Shown here: piece by piece, positions 47,922 to 57,567 of the stretch
How positions within the stretch are numbered: position 1 is the first letter of the stretch
Layout: each line of letters opens with the position of its first letter
NCBI GenBank assembly: GCA_000406005.1
Contig: ASZN01000021.1
Coordinates: 3,309 to 67,308 of the forward strand
Direction of reading: 5' to 3'
DNA from: Candidatus Poribacteria bacterium WGA-3G
GTDB lineage: Bacteria; Poribacteria; WGA-4E; WGA-3G
Length of the DNA stretch: 64,000 nucleotides
Program-made: the position numbers and the translations under genes
The notes under the pieces: generated by a model
What the model was told of the DNA's origin: nothing
Database searches by the model: none
What the model saw: the letters and a program-made list of their open reading frames with translations, nothing else

Positions 47922-48722
47922 TTGTTGATGAAGAAAAGGTCTATTCATACTTTTACGTTTATAACTGTTCTGCTTATAGAGGCACTCTCTGGAATAGTAT
48001 TTGCCGCTGGTTTCCAGCAACACATGATTCAGAAAGGTGAAACGCTGTCCGAAATCGCACAGAAGTACAAAGTACCCGTCAAATCAATTATCCAAGCAAA
48101 CAGTATTAAGTCAGCACACCGTATACAGACTGGGAAAATGCTACGCATACCGAGCGAAACCTTCGCCCTAAAAGAAATCATGTATCAGGTCAAACCCGGC
48201 GATACTTTGATCGGTATAGCGAACCACCATAACGTCGACTGGAGAGTCCTACAAAGACTCAACAGAATTTCTTCGCCTCGCAGTCTACAGATCGGCACAG
48301 AAATTCGGATTCCGTACGACGTTGTCTCCGGGTTCAGTGATCCGCTCCGAATTCCGTTAGTCCTTACTTCAAAATACGGCTATCGCCCCCATCCTGTTAC
48401 GGGGCGTTGGCGGATGCATGATGGGATAGACTTACGTGCCGCTGTCGGTACACGCGTCTACGCTTCCAAAGGTGGTAGAATTATCTTCGCAGGACGCAAA
48501 GGCGGCTACGGGAAACTCGTCGGAATAGAACACGAAGACAACTTTACCACATGGTATGGGCATTTGTCGCGCATCAGGGTAAAAGTCGGGCAAATTGTAA
48601 ACCAAGGAAAAGTCATCGGCTTGTCGGGCAACACCGGAATATCGACCGGGCCCCACTTACACTTTGAAATTAGGTATAAAGGCAGAAGTGAAAAACCAAC
48701 TCAGTACATTACCATACCGTAA
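47922..48722 (+). CDS. LysM-domain M23-family peptidoglycan endopeptidase
   Basis: Signal peptide, two LysM repeats, and an M23 domain with HDGIDL...HLHFEI. Confidence 0.9.
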   Translation: MLMKKRSIHTFTFITVLLIEALSGIVFAAGFQQHMIQKGETLSEIAQKYKVPVKSIIQANSIKSAHRIQTGKMLRIPSETFALKEIMYQVKPGDTLIGIANHHNVDWRVLQRLNRISSPRSLQIGTEIRIPYDVVSGFSDPLRIPLVLTSKYGYRPHPVTGRWRMHDGIDLRAAVGTRVYASKGGRIIFAGRKGGYGKLVGIEHEDNFTTWYGHLSRIRVKVGQIVNQGKVIGLSGNTGISTGPHLHFEIRYKGRSEKPTQYITIP

Positions 48723-50334
48723 ATGGTGTCTGCTACTCATAGCGACTGGCTTTCTTGTATTCACGTATTTTCTCGGTCAAAAAAACACATTATCAGATCC
48801 GATTGACCTGAGACCAGAAATCGGTACACGCGGAATCGGGTTAAGTGGGGCATTTATAGGCAGTGCAGACGACGCAACAAGCCCGCTCTGGAACCCAGCG
48901 GGGCTTGCTGCACTGCAACACGGGAACCTCATATACGATCTATCTCAAGGTGCTGTCTCCGTCGCTTATCCCATCCGACCTATCGGCACATTCGGTGTCA
49001 ATTTCCTTGACCTAAACGCCAATGATCGCTTCCTACTCAATCACGCCGCAAACCCGATCGGCAGCTTTGAACTCGGAAATAATCAGGTGCTCTTCTCCTG
49101 TGCCAGAAAATTCGGACCCCTGCAAATCGGTGCCAGCACAGGATTTAGTCGCGCGCCTTACCAGGGAAGCCTCTGGGCACCAAACTATGATGTCGGACTA
49201 CTCGCAGAAATTAACGCTCACCTCACCCTCGGGATGAGACTCCGAGATATCGCTGGCGTAACCATCCGACACACCGATGGACACGTTTTACAAACCTTCA
49301 ACCAGCAGGTCGCTATCGGGGCAGTCGTTACACCGCATCCAATCATCCGATGGCACAACCGATTCGACATCTCACCCGCCTACTTCGGCACAAGTATAGA
49401 AATCGGAAACAGAGCAATCGCCGCACACGTCGGGTCGACATTTACCCTTGACGATGAACTCCCATTCCAATCATGGCGTGTAGGATTCTCACTCAACCAA
49501 TTAGGAAAAGAACTCCATTACACCTACCTCAATCAGGAAAATCTCGAATATAGACACCTCATGTCAATAGGGATGTCTTTTGGAGAAACACAATCTATTT
49601 CACAAGACACTCAGATCAACAGACAAGAACAGAAAGACAAGACAATAACCCCAAACACACCAACATCAATACCGATGCCAGCGATTGTGACACAAAAACC
49701 GGCGCTGAAAGATCAGCCGAGTACACCAACAACTGATACCTCGCGAAAACCGACACCCAAAACAGAGCCCAAAACAGAGCCCAAAACAGAGCCCAAAACA
49801 GAGCCCAAAACAGAGATTAAAACACAGCCACCGGAACAGACAGAGGTAGCGTATCTGAGTATCCAAATCGCCACAGAATACGATATTGACTTACCACTTA
49901 TGCTCGCCATCATTCATGCTGAATCCAACTTTAATCCAGTCGCCGTATCTGAGAACGGAGCCGCCGGATTGATGCAGGTAATGCCCGCTACCGCACGCTA
50001 TCTCGGACTCAAGGTACCACAATACAAAGATAAACGGAAGCCGAAACTTGATGCCAACATAGACGAACGATTTGACCCACATAAAAACTTGCACACCGGC
50101 CTCACTTATTTCAAGATGCTTTCAGAGAGATATAAAGGCAATCTGACCTTGGCACTCGGTGCTTATAACGTTGGACCGGGCAGAGTGGCGGTGAACGGAC
50201 CTCTAATCAGTAGGGGTAAACAGTATGCAAATAAAGTTCTCAGTCGTTCCCGATACTACCGTGAAAATAAAGCACAGATGGAAGAGGATCTTAAGCAGTT
50301 AGAAGCAGCCCTGAAATCAAGAGACGGAACATAG
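48664..50334 (+). CDS. membrane-anchored lytic transglycosylase (C-terminal SLT domain) with a Pro/Thr-rich linker carrying the KTEP tandem repeat
   Basis: SLT motifs: ES.FNP.A.S..GA.GLMQ...GAYN.G. N-terminal TM helix. Overlaps the M23 gene by about 59 nt. Confidence 0.75.
   Translation: MKLGIKAEVKNQLSTLPYRKWCLLLIATGFLVFTYFLGQKNTLSDPIDLRPEIGTRGIGLSGAFIGSADDATSPLWNPAGLAALQHGNLIYDLSQGAVSVAYPIRPIGTFGVNFLDLNANDRFLLNHAANPIGSFELGNNQVLFSCARKFGPLQIGASTGFSRAPYQGSLWAPNYDVGLLAEINAHLTLGMRLRDIAGVTIRHTDGHVLQTFNQQVAIGAVVTPHPIIRWHNRFDISPAYFGTSIEIGNRAIAAHVGSTFTLDDELPFQSWRVGFSLNQLGKELHYTYLNQENLEYRHLMSIGMSFGETQSISQDTQINRQEQKDKTITPNTPTSIPMPAIVTQKPALKDQPSTPTTDTSRKPTPKTEPKTEPKTEPKTEPKTEIKTQPPEQTEVAYLSIQIATEYDIDLPLMLAIIHAESNFNPVAVSENGAAGLMQVMPATARYLGLKVPQYKDKRKPKLDANIDERFDPHKNLHTGLTYFKMLSERYKGNLTLALGAYNVGPGRVAVNGPLISRGKQYANKVLSRSRYYRENKAQMEEDLKQLEAALKSRDGT
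49754..49815 (+). repeat. 12-nt tandem repeat (AAAACAGAGCCC, ~4.5 copies) encoding (KTEP)n
   Basis: Perfect nucleotide repeats inside the SLT gene. Confidence 0.8.
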
Positions 50335-50364
50335 AAAAGCAACGCCACAAACAAGAGGAATAAT

Positions 50365-51621
50365 ATGGACAAAATTAGACTGGCAATCGTCGGATGCGGC
50401 GGGATGGGACATCGCCACATGTATGGATTAGCTGAACTCCATCAAGCAGGCTGGCAACGGTTTCAACTCGTCGGAGCATGCGATCCGGTTCAGGCAAATG
50501 CTGAATCACTTGCCACACAAGCGGAAGAACGTTTCGGTGAAAAGCCTGCCGTTGTCGGAAGCCTCGAAGAGCTTGCTGAAGTCGGGGTAGATGCCGTCGA
50601 TGTAACAACTACGCCACCATACCATCACACCGTCGCTATTGAAACGCTTGAACGCGGCTGGCATACTATGGTGGAAAAACCGATGGGACTAACTGTTCGG
50701 GCTTGCAACCATATCCGTCGTGCCGCTGACGCATCCGATGCTATCCTCAGCGTCGCAGAGAACTACCGACGCGACCCTATCAACAGACTTGCCAAAGCAC
50801 TCCTTAACGCTGAAGTTATCGGCACACCACGCTTCCTCATGCATCACGCCATCGGTGGCGCAAACCGGATGCTTATCTCCGTCTGGCGACACCAGAAAGA
50901 CCAGAGCGGTGTGCTACTCGATGTCGGCGTTCACTATGCTGATATGATGGAGTATCTACTCGGTGAAATCGATACCGTCTACGCCCAAACACGACTCCAT
51001 GAACCCATCCGACATAATTCTGCCGCAGTGACCGGTGAATCTGGATCCAACCCTGCTGGTGTTTACACGAAATGGCAGCGTGAGATGCCTGCTGAATTTG
51101 AGGCAACCGCTGAGGATGCCGCTTATGCAACACTCACCTTCAAAAACGGTGCCGTCGCGCAATACATCGAGGATCACGGCGCGTGGGGACAAGGCAACTG
51201 GCTCCGTAAAATTCACGGCTCCCAAGGTTCTATGACGCTCCCGGGGGACCGAAGCGGTGGAACTATCACCCTGAATATTGACGGACAGGAAACGATTAAC
51301 GACCAACGAGTTTTGGACCTCGTCCCAGACTTTCGATTAGACACCGTCACAGCAGACCTCTTCGGCGGCGACCGACTCTGGAACTACCAGTTTACACAAG
51401 GCGACGCGAAGAATATCGCTATTGAATATGGTGAATTTGCTGAAGTGATTGATGGAAACAGAGAAGTTGAAGTTGATGCCTACCAAGGCACACGCTCCGT
51501 CGCTGTCTCTTACGCCATACTTGAGTCCGGTGCTACAGGACAAATCGTCCAGATGGATCAAATGCTTGATGAATCCATTAACACTTACCAACGCGAGATT
51601 GACGAAGGATTGGGCATCTGA
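50365..51621 (+). CDS. Gfo/Idh/MocA-family oxidoreductase
   Basis: IVGCGGMG Rossmann motif and EKP motif. Confidence 0.85.
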   Translation: MDKIRLAIVGCGGMGHRHMYGLAELHQAGWQRFQLVGACDPVQANAESLATQAEERFGEKPAVVGSLEELAEVGVDAVDVTTTPPYHHTVAIETLERGWHTMVEKPMGLTVRACNHIRRAADASDAILSVAENYRRDPINRLAKALLNAEVIGTPRFLMHHAIGGANRMLISVWRHQKDQSGVLLDVGVHYADMMEYLLGEIDTVYAQTRLHEPIRHNSAAVTGESGSNPAGVYTKWQREMPAEFEATAEDAAYATLTFKNGAVAQYIEDHGAWGQGNWLRKIHGSQGSMTLPGDRSGGTITLNIDGQETINDQRVLDLVPDFRLDTVTADLFGGDRLWNYQFTQGDAKNIAIEYGEFAEVIDGNREVEVDAYQGTRSVAVSYAILESGATGQIVQMDQMLDESINTYQREIDEGLGI

Positions 51622-51638
51622 TCTCAAAGGGACAAGCC

Positions 51639-52703
51639 ATGGCAGGCACACAAGAATTCGGTATCGGTCTCATCGGATTGGGCATCGGGCATCAGCATCT
51701 ACTCGGCTATCAAAGCCGAGATCTACATGTCGCCGCGGTCTGCGACAAAGACCCTATGCGCCTTAACGAAGTTGGGGAACAATTCGGAATTGAGAAAAGA
51801 TATACCCGTATTATAGACCTCATCGCCGATACCGATGTCCGTATAGTCGATATAGCCGTGCAACCCTGGATCCGTTCTCCGATTGTCAAAGCTGCCGCTG
51901 AAGCCGGCAAGCATATCCTCTGTCAAAAACCGTTCTCAATGTCAATGCAACAGGCAGTTGAAATGGTCAATATTTGCGAGCAACACACCGTACAACTCGC
52001 CGTAAATCAAAACTCCTGCTTTGTTCCCGGTTTCCTCGCCATCGAACCTTATATCAACGCTGAACACCTCGGCGAAATCTATCACGTCTCCATAACCTGC
52101 AACGGCTTCTACACCGAGTTCCCCGAACGCCATCTCATCCCAGCAATGCAGGTACATCACATCGGACTTGTCCACAAATGGTTCGGTGAATACGAGAGCG
52201 TCTACTGTCAAGCACACGGACACAACAGACCCATAGAAGAAGGAGAGACTATTTCCGTCGCACTCTTCAAAAGTCGGAGCGGTGTACAAGGTCTGCTTTC
52301 GTGCAATTGGGCATTCCTTGCCAACCCCGGACGCAACTTACAGCACCCGCACGAGGAAATCCGCATCCAAGGCACCAAAGGTGCTATCTACGGAAACAGT
52401 GCCGACATGACGGTTCACCTCACGGAACCCGAAACCCAAGAGATTAAACCATCAATAGAAGGCGCATGGTTCCCGGATGCATTCGGTAACGTGATGGCAC
52501 ACTTTTTGGAGTGCTTACGGACCAGGGAGAAACCCATCACCGACGGACGCAGCAACTTGCACATCCTCCAGACCATTTTCGCCATGCACCAATCAGCGAT
52601 CTCAGGAAAGGTCGTTCCAATCAACGACATCCCATTAGACAGCAACTACAACCTGAGTCCACATCCTATCCATAGCGCGGATGATACAAGCATTTTGCAG
52701 TGA
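51639..52703 (+). CDS. Gfo/Idh/MocA-family oxidoreductase
   Basis: GLIGLGIG Rossmann motif and a CQKP motif. Confidence 0.85.
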   Translation: MAGTQEFGIGLIGLGIGHQHLLGYQSRDLHVAAVCDKDPMRLNEVGEQFGIEKRYTRIIDLIADTDVRIVDIAVQPWIRSPIVKAAAEAGKHILCQKPFSMSMQQAVEMVNICEQHTVQLAVNQNSCFVPGFLAIEPYINAEHLGEIYHVSITCNGFYTEFPERHLIPAMQVHHIGLVHKWFGEYESVYCQAHGHNRPIEEGETISVALFKSRSGVQGLLSCNWAFLANPGRNLQHPHEEIRIQGTKGAIYGNSADMTVHLTEPETQEIKPSIEGAWFPDAFGNVMAHFLECLRTREKPITDGRSNLHILQTIFAMHQSAISGKVVPINDIPLDSNYNLSPHPIHSADDTSILQ

Positions 52704-52721
52704 TTTTCCCTTACTACGTCC

Positions 52722-53909
52722 CTACCAATCGCCTCTCCGGTTATCCCAGAGATGTGCTTTGACAACCTCCTCGTTGAGTTCCATTCCCCATCCAGGGCGC
52801 GTCGGAATCTTCATATTGCCGTCCACAATCTCTGGAACGTGCGTCGTCAAGTCGTCCTTCCACGGGACATCATCAATATCAATCTCCATAATACGTACGT
52901 TCGGTAACACGGCACAAAGACTTGCACTGATATAGGTAGCAAGATGGCTATAGTAGTTATGTGGCGCAACATTGAGTTGGAACACATCCGCCAAGTCGCC
53001 AATCTTCTTTGACGGTGCGAACCCGTTCCAAGGTACATCTATCATGAACACATCCGCAGCACGACACGCAAAATAGGGTAGATATTCGCGCATATAATAG
53101 AGATTCTCGCCGGTACATATCTTCGTCGTCGTGGAATCCTTGATTTGACGGAGTGCCTCATGGTCATACATATCAATCTCCAACCATAGCATATCGAACG
53201 GCTCCAGCACTTTAGCAATACGCATACACGCCTCCGGCTTGAAGTTGAAGTTCAGGTCAAGGTTGATACCAATATCCGGTCCGACTGCCTCTCTGAAAGT
53301 ACCGATTAAGGTTTCAATATGTCGGAGAAGCTGAGGCGTTACGTTTCCGTCGGTGGTACCGGGTCCATTGCTGAAACCGGGAAAATAGACGGAAGCAGGA
53401 TCACCCGGAATAACAATGTTCGTTTTGAGAGCAGTGTACCCCTTTTCAACGACCTCGCGCCCCAATGCGGCAATGTCATCCATCGTCCTTAATGGCGGCA
53501 CCCCGATGAGTTCATAGTTGCGGACACGTGAAGTACCGCAGTGGGACCAATAGACGCGCACATCGTCGCGCGTCGGTCCACCAAACAACTCCACAACAGA
53601 GATGTCCAACGCTTTCGCTTTTATATCCACCAATGCACACTCAATACCCGCAATCGCCTTCGCAGCGATCCCGCCAGGGCTTTGGCGAGAACCGCGAATC
53701 ATGTCCGAAAACCGCATCTCATACGCACGCGGATCCCGTCCGATAAGCAACGGTGTCAGGTCCTTGATAGTCCCGACCACGCCGTTAGGATTCCTGCCAT
53801 CGCTACATTCACCGTAACCCGTAACACCTGCATCGGTCTCCACCTTCACGAAAGTCCAAGGTCGCCACCCTGCATCCACAACAAACGTCTCAATATTGGT
53901 AATTTTCAT
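52722..53909 (-). CDS. enolase-superfamily dehydratase (mandelate racemase/muconate lactonizing enzyme family; galactonate dehydratase-like)
   Basis: MKITNIETFVV...GYGE N-terminal capping domain plus metal-binding D/E/D in the barrel. Start at 53909, preceded by AGGAG. Confidence 0.85.
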   Translation of the reverse strand: MKITNIETFVVDAGWRPWTFVKVETDAGVTGYGECSDGRNPNGVVGTIKDLTPLLIGRDPRAYEMRFSDMIRGSRQSPGGIAAKAIAGIECALVDIKAKALDISVVELFGGPTRDDVRVYWSHCGTSRVRNYELIGVPPLRTMDDIAALGREVVEKGYTALKTNIVIPGDPASVYFPGFSNGPGTTDGNVTPQLLRHIETLIGTFREAVGPDIGINLDLNFNFKPEACMRIAKVLEPFDMLWLEIDMYDHEALRQIKDSTTTKICTGENLYYMREYLPYFACRAADVFMIDVPWNGFAPSKKIGDLADVFQLNVAPHNYYSHLATYISASLCAVLPNVRIMEIDIDDVPWKDDLTTHVPEIVDGNMKIPTRPGWGMELNEEVVKAHLWDNRRGDW

Positions 53910-53919
53910 GCAATTCTCC

Positions 53920-54921
53920 TTACAACTGAACAACTTCTTTTCGCCGATCTGATTCAAGGAGCGCATCACAGACGCGCATCGTGTTAACCGCAGCATCAGA
54001 CCATTCCGCTTCAAGGTTTCCAGATTGCACAATCTGAGAGAACCGCTCAATCATCTTAACCTCTTGGATGCACCCTTCAACCGTATTTCGCTCGTTCCCA
54101 TCGGAACCGTGAATCCAAAACCGGGCAGTATCTTCGGTGGTCGGGACAGTGAAATCATCGCAGACAATCGAGGCACGCGTGCCTGCCACCTCAAACCACT
54201 TCCGGAGTCCCGTGTCGAACCCACAATCCAAAGTAGCGATACGTTCATCGTCGAACCAGAGGATGCCAGCAAGATTGAAATCGACACCCATCTTGTAGCG
54301 TGCCGTCGCGAAAACCTGTGTCGGCATCTGCTCAAACGCCCAGAGAATCGCGCGGACACAGTAATAGCCTAAATCGCCGAGACTCCCGCCTGCGAATTCC
54401 TTCATCGTACGGATATTTCCAACTGGAATTGTATCCCAATTGAAAGTGAACGCCGCCGTCACTCGGCGAAGTTTACCGAGTGTGCTATCCATCAATTTCT
54501 GCTTCATCGCCGTCGTACGATCGTGATGCACCCACATGACACCATCCATGAGTTGTACGCCGTTCTGACGACACGCATCTGCCATCGCGGCAGCTTCGGT
54601 CGCATTCGCAGCAAGCGGTTTTTCACAAAGGAGGTGTTTACCGTGTTCCGCTGCCTTGATCGTCCATTCAGCGTGAAGTGATGGCGGTAAGGGGATGTAA
54701 AGGGCATCAAGTGAATCGTCGGCAAGGAGTGCATGGTATGTGCCGTAAGTGGTGGGGACATTGTGTTTCTCTGCCCATGCTGCAGCGCGTTCCTCTGTCC
54801 GACTCGCAACCGCAATCAAATCGGCGTTCTCGGCAAGATGGATCGCCCGGGCAACCTTCGTGGCGATATTCGCCGTGCTGAGAATCCCCCAACGGACACG
54901 TGGTTTTACTTCTGTTGTCAT
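53920..54921 (-). CDS. Gfo/Idh/MocA-family oxidoreductase
   Basis: N-terminal Rossmann region and EKP motif. Confidence 0.85.
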   Translation of the reverse strand: MTTEVKPRVRWGILSTANIATKVARAIHLAENADLIAVASRTEERAAAWAEKHNVPTTYGTYHALLADDSLDALYIPLPPSLHAEWTIKAAEHGKHLLCEKPLAANATEAAAMADACRQNGVQLMDGVMWVHHDRTTAMKQKLMDSTLGKLRRVTAAFTFNWDTIPVGNIRTMKEFAGGSLGDLGYYCVRAILWAFEQMPTQVFATARYKMGVDFNLAGILWFDDERIATLDCGFDTGLRKWFEVAGTRASIVCDDFTVPTTEDTARFWIHGSDGNERNTVEGCIQEVKMIERFSQIVQSGNLEAEWSDAAVNTMRVCDALLESDRRKEVVQL

Positions 54922-55034
54922 ATCGCTCCGTCAAATGTCCTAAGTCTTAACTTTACCATAATATAACCGACAACAGGAAATAGGTCAAGTACATAGGCAG
55001 GACTATTTAGTTCTCGGTTTTTCCATCCAATTTT

Positions 55035-55080
55035 GGATACCCAGGCCCGGTAGGTGCGGTTTGGAACCGCACCGGATTTG
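55035..55080. repeat. REP-like palindrome GGTGCGGTTTGGAACCGCACC
   Basis: Same family as 43270, 11997 and 56512. Confidence 0.55.
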
Positions 55081-55278
55081 AAAAAGAAAAATCAAAAATT
55101 TAGAAAATCCAATAATTTGCCTAAAACTAAATCACCCTGAGTACATAGGAACCAAGGACTAACGGAAAAAAACCGTTTTAATTTGATTTTCACAGGGAAA
55201 ATGGTATAATAGAAACAGAAAAATAGGTAGCACACACTATGTGCTACCCATTCGATAACAGAACTATCGGCACACATT

Positions 55279-56466
55279 GTGTGTCATGAAAGGAACTTTA
55301 TGAACATTAGAAAAATCATAACATTCACATTTCTATCCGTGATTATCGCATTAATTGCAAGACTTTCTGCCTGCGAACGCGTCTCACAAATTGCCCAACC
55401 CACTACACCTCAAACACCAGAACCGAGTGAAGAATTCTCGATCGGGGTTGTCTTACCTTTAACAGGACGACTCACCGATTCATTTAATAAGCCGATACAG
55501 CAAGGCTTTGAATTGGCACTCAACGAAATTAACAACGCACAATCTAACGGAACAAAGTTGAAGCTTACCGTTAGGGACGATCAGAGTACCGTAGAAGGGG
55601 CAGTTGAAGCCTTCAATAAACTGATTCACCAAGACGGGGTGTCTGTTATCCTTGGACCTGCTACTTCAAGTCAAACTAAGGAAGCTTTTCCGAGAGCGCA
55701 AGAAAATCAGGTTGTCGCGATGAGTCCGACATCCGCTGCCCGTGGTCTCAGTGCGATCGGAGATTATGTTTTTCGCGTCTCGCTGACGACAGATATACTT
55801 ATCCCGAAGGGTATTGAAGCCACACAGACAAAACTCGGTTATCAACGCGCCGCGACAATGTATGATGAAACCGATCTTTTCTCGACCGATGGAGACGCGT
55901 CCGTGCAGGAAGTCCTTGCTGCAAAAGGCGTTGAGGTGGTAGCCACCGAAACTTTCCAAGGTGGAGATACCGACTTTTCTGAACAATTAACCCGAATCCA
56001 GACCCTGAATCCCGACATCATTTTTGTTTCATGTTTATCGCCGGAAAAGCCTGGGATCCTTATGCAAGGGCATCAACTCGGTATAACTGCTCCGTTTATC
56101 GTGCGAACATTGACTGCAGCAGATGTACAAGCCGCAGGTGCAGCCGCTGAGGGCGCGATAACTTTTGTAGGGTGGGGGACTGCTGTGGATACGCCCGGAA
56201 ATAAAGCTTTTGTGGAAAATTATAGTGCCAAATTCGAGACAGAACCAACCAACTACGCCGCGCGTTCGTATGCGACACTTCATATTTTGGCGGAGGCGAT
56301 CGCGAATGCACAGTCAACCGATGCTGCAGCGATTCGAGACGCACTCGCAAGTATCACAGATTTTGACACAATTTTCGGCAAATTCTCTTTTGACGCTAAC
56401 GGGGACGCAGTTTACGACGAGAAGGTTCTAATCGTCAAAGATGGTGAATTGGTGATCTTTGAGTAG
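55279..56466 (+). CDS. ABC transporter substrate-binding lipoprotein (branched-chain amino acid/LivK-like type I PBP)
   Basis: Lipobox LSAC plus a Peripla_BP_6-like pattern. Confidence 0.8.
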   Translation: MCHERNFMNIRKIITFTFLSVIIALIARLSACERVSQIAQPTTPQTPEPSEEFSIGVVLPLTGRLTDSFNKPIQQGFELALNEINNAQSNGTKLKLTVRDDQSTVEGAVEAFNKLIHQDGVSVILGPATSSQTKEAFPRAQENQVVAMSPTSAARGLSAIGDYVFRVSLTTDILIPKGIEATQTKLGYQRAATMYDETDLFSTDGDASVQEVLAAKGVEVVATETFQGGDTDFSEQLTRIQTLNPDIIFVSCLSPEKPGILMQGHQLGITAPFIVRTLTAADVQAAGAAAEGAITFVGWGTAVDTPGNKAFVENYSAKFETEPTNYAARSYATLHILAEAIANAQSTDAAAIRDALASITDFDTIFGKFSFDANGDAVYDEKVLIVKDGELVIFE

Positions 56467-56499
56467 TTTACCATAACTGTCAATTTAAAAAAAATAACC

Positions 56500-56560
56500 G
56501 TCGCAGGCCCCAGGGCCGGTAGGTTCGGTTTACTAACCGAACCTACCTGGGGATGAAAGT
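56500..56560. repeat. REP-like palindrome CCGGTAGGTTCGGTTtactAACCGAACCTACCTGG
   Basis: Long inverted repeat of the same family. Confidence 0.55.
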
Positions 56561-56601
56561 GTCGCTTTATTTTTTCGATTCACTATAAAAGGTAAAAGGC
56601 T

Positions 56602-57465
56602 GTGGAGAATTCACTTGATCAGTTTTATACGAAACCAGAGATCGCCACGACGTGCTGGAAACACTTCATCGATACACTCGTGAGGCTAAACCGAAACCCG
56701 AATGATATGTTCTTTATTGAACCCGCTGCCGGTAGTGGCGTGTTTTACAAACTCCTACCACAGCAGAGACGACTCGGTATCGACCTCGTACCGAAATGTG
56801 ATGACGTGAAACCGCAAGACTTTTTTGAACTTACCGATCTCCAATACACATCCAGAGAGACCGCAGTCATCGGAAACCCACCTTTCGGCAAACGTGGGAA
56901 ATTAGCAATCGCCTTCTTTAATCATGCAGCCCATTTAGCAGACACTGTCGCCTTTATCGTCCCAGTCAATTTCCGCAAATTTAACACCCACAAGTGGCTT
57001 GACTCTGATATGCGCTTCATCAGCAAATTGCCGCTACCGAGAGATGCCTTCCACCTCAGTACAGGCAAATCTTACGCAGTAAACACAGAATTTCAGATAT
57101 GGACACGTCTGTCAACCGCACATCACGACATGCGCCAATATAAACCGCTCCCCATTCGACACAAAGATTTTCAGATGTGGCAGTACAACAACACACCTGA
57201 TGCCTTAAAAGTTTTTCAGAACCGCTTTGATTTCGCCGTGCCATGCCAAGGCTGGCAAGATTACTCCCGTAGAGAAACGGACGAAAAACAGTGTGAAAAG
57301 AGTAAACAATGGATACTGCTGAAAACCGAAAGCCCCATTGTCTTAACACGTCTGATGGAGATTGATTATGAGCGTCTGGCACTGGAGTGCGCCACGGCTG
57401 TTCCCGGTTTTCGGAAAGGAGATTTGGTAAAAGAATATGCAGAAAAATATGAACGCAATAAGTAG
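56602..57465 (+). CDS. putative orphan SAM-dependent N6-adenine methyltransferase (gamma-class motif order)
   Basis: Motif X-like QFYTKPE, motif I EPAAGSGVF and motif IV NPPF, in the X-I-IV order seen in TaqI-like MTases. No adjacent restriction gene, and the C-terminal region is short. Confidence 0.55.
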   Translation: MENSLDQFYTKPEIATTCWKHFIDTLVRLNRNPNDMFFIEPAAGSGVFYKLLPQQRRLGIDLVPKCDDVKPQDFFELTDLQYTSRETAVIGNPPFGKRGKLAIAFFNHAAHLADTVAFIVPVNFRKFNTHKWLDSDMRFISKLPLPRDAFHLSTGKSYAVNTEFQIWTRLSTAHHDMRQYKPLPIRHKDFQMWQYNNTPDALKVFQNRFDFAVPCQGWQDYSRRETDEKQCEKSKQWILLKTESPIVLTRLMEIDYERLALECATAVPGFRKGDLVKEYAEKYERNK

Positions 57466-57567
57466 TTTTGGGTTTGAAGAATTTTTAAAACTTAATGCCT
57501 TGGTTAGGAAGAATACTGACAGTCTATATTTTCAAGTTTTAGTAGTAAATATTCTGTTTTGACAATT

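Noticed and set aside
49666-49913. Minus-strand ORFs with repeated CFGL/GSVL peptides
   Set aside because: Antisense to the (KTEP)n nucleotide repeat in the SLT gene.
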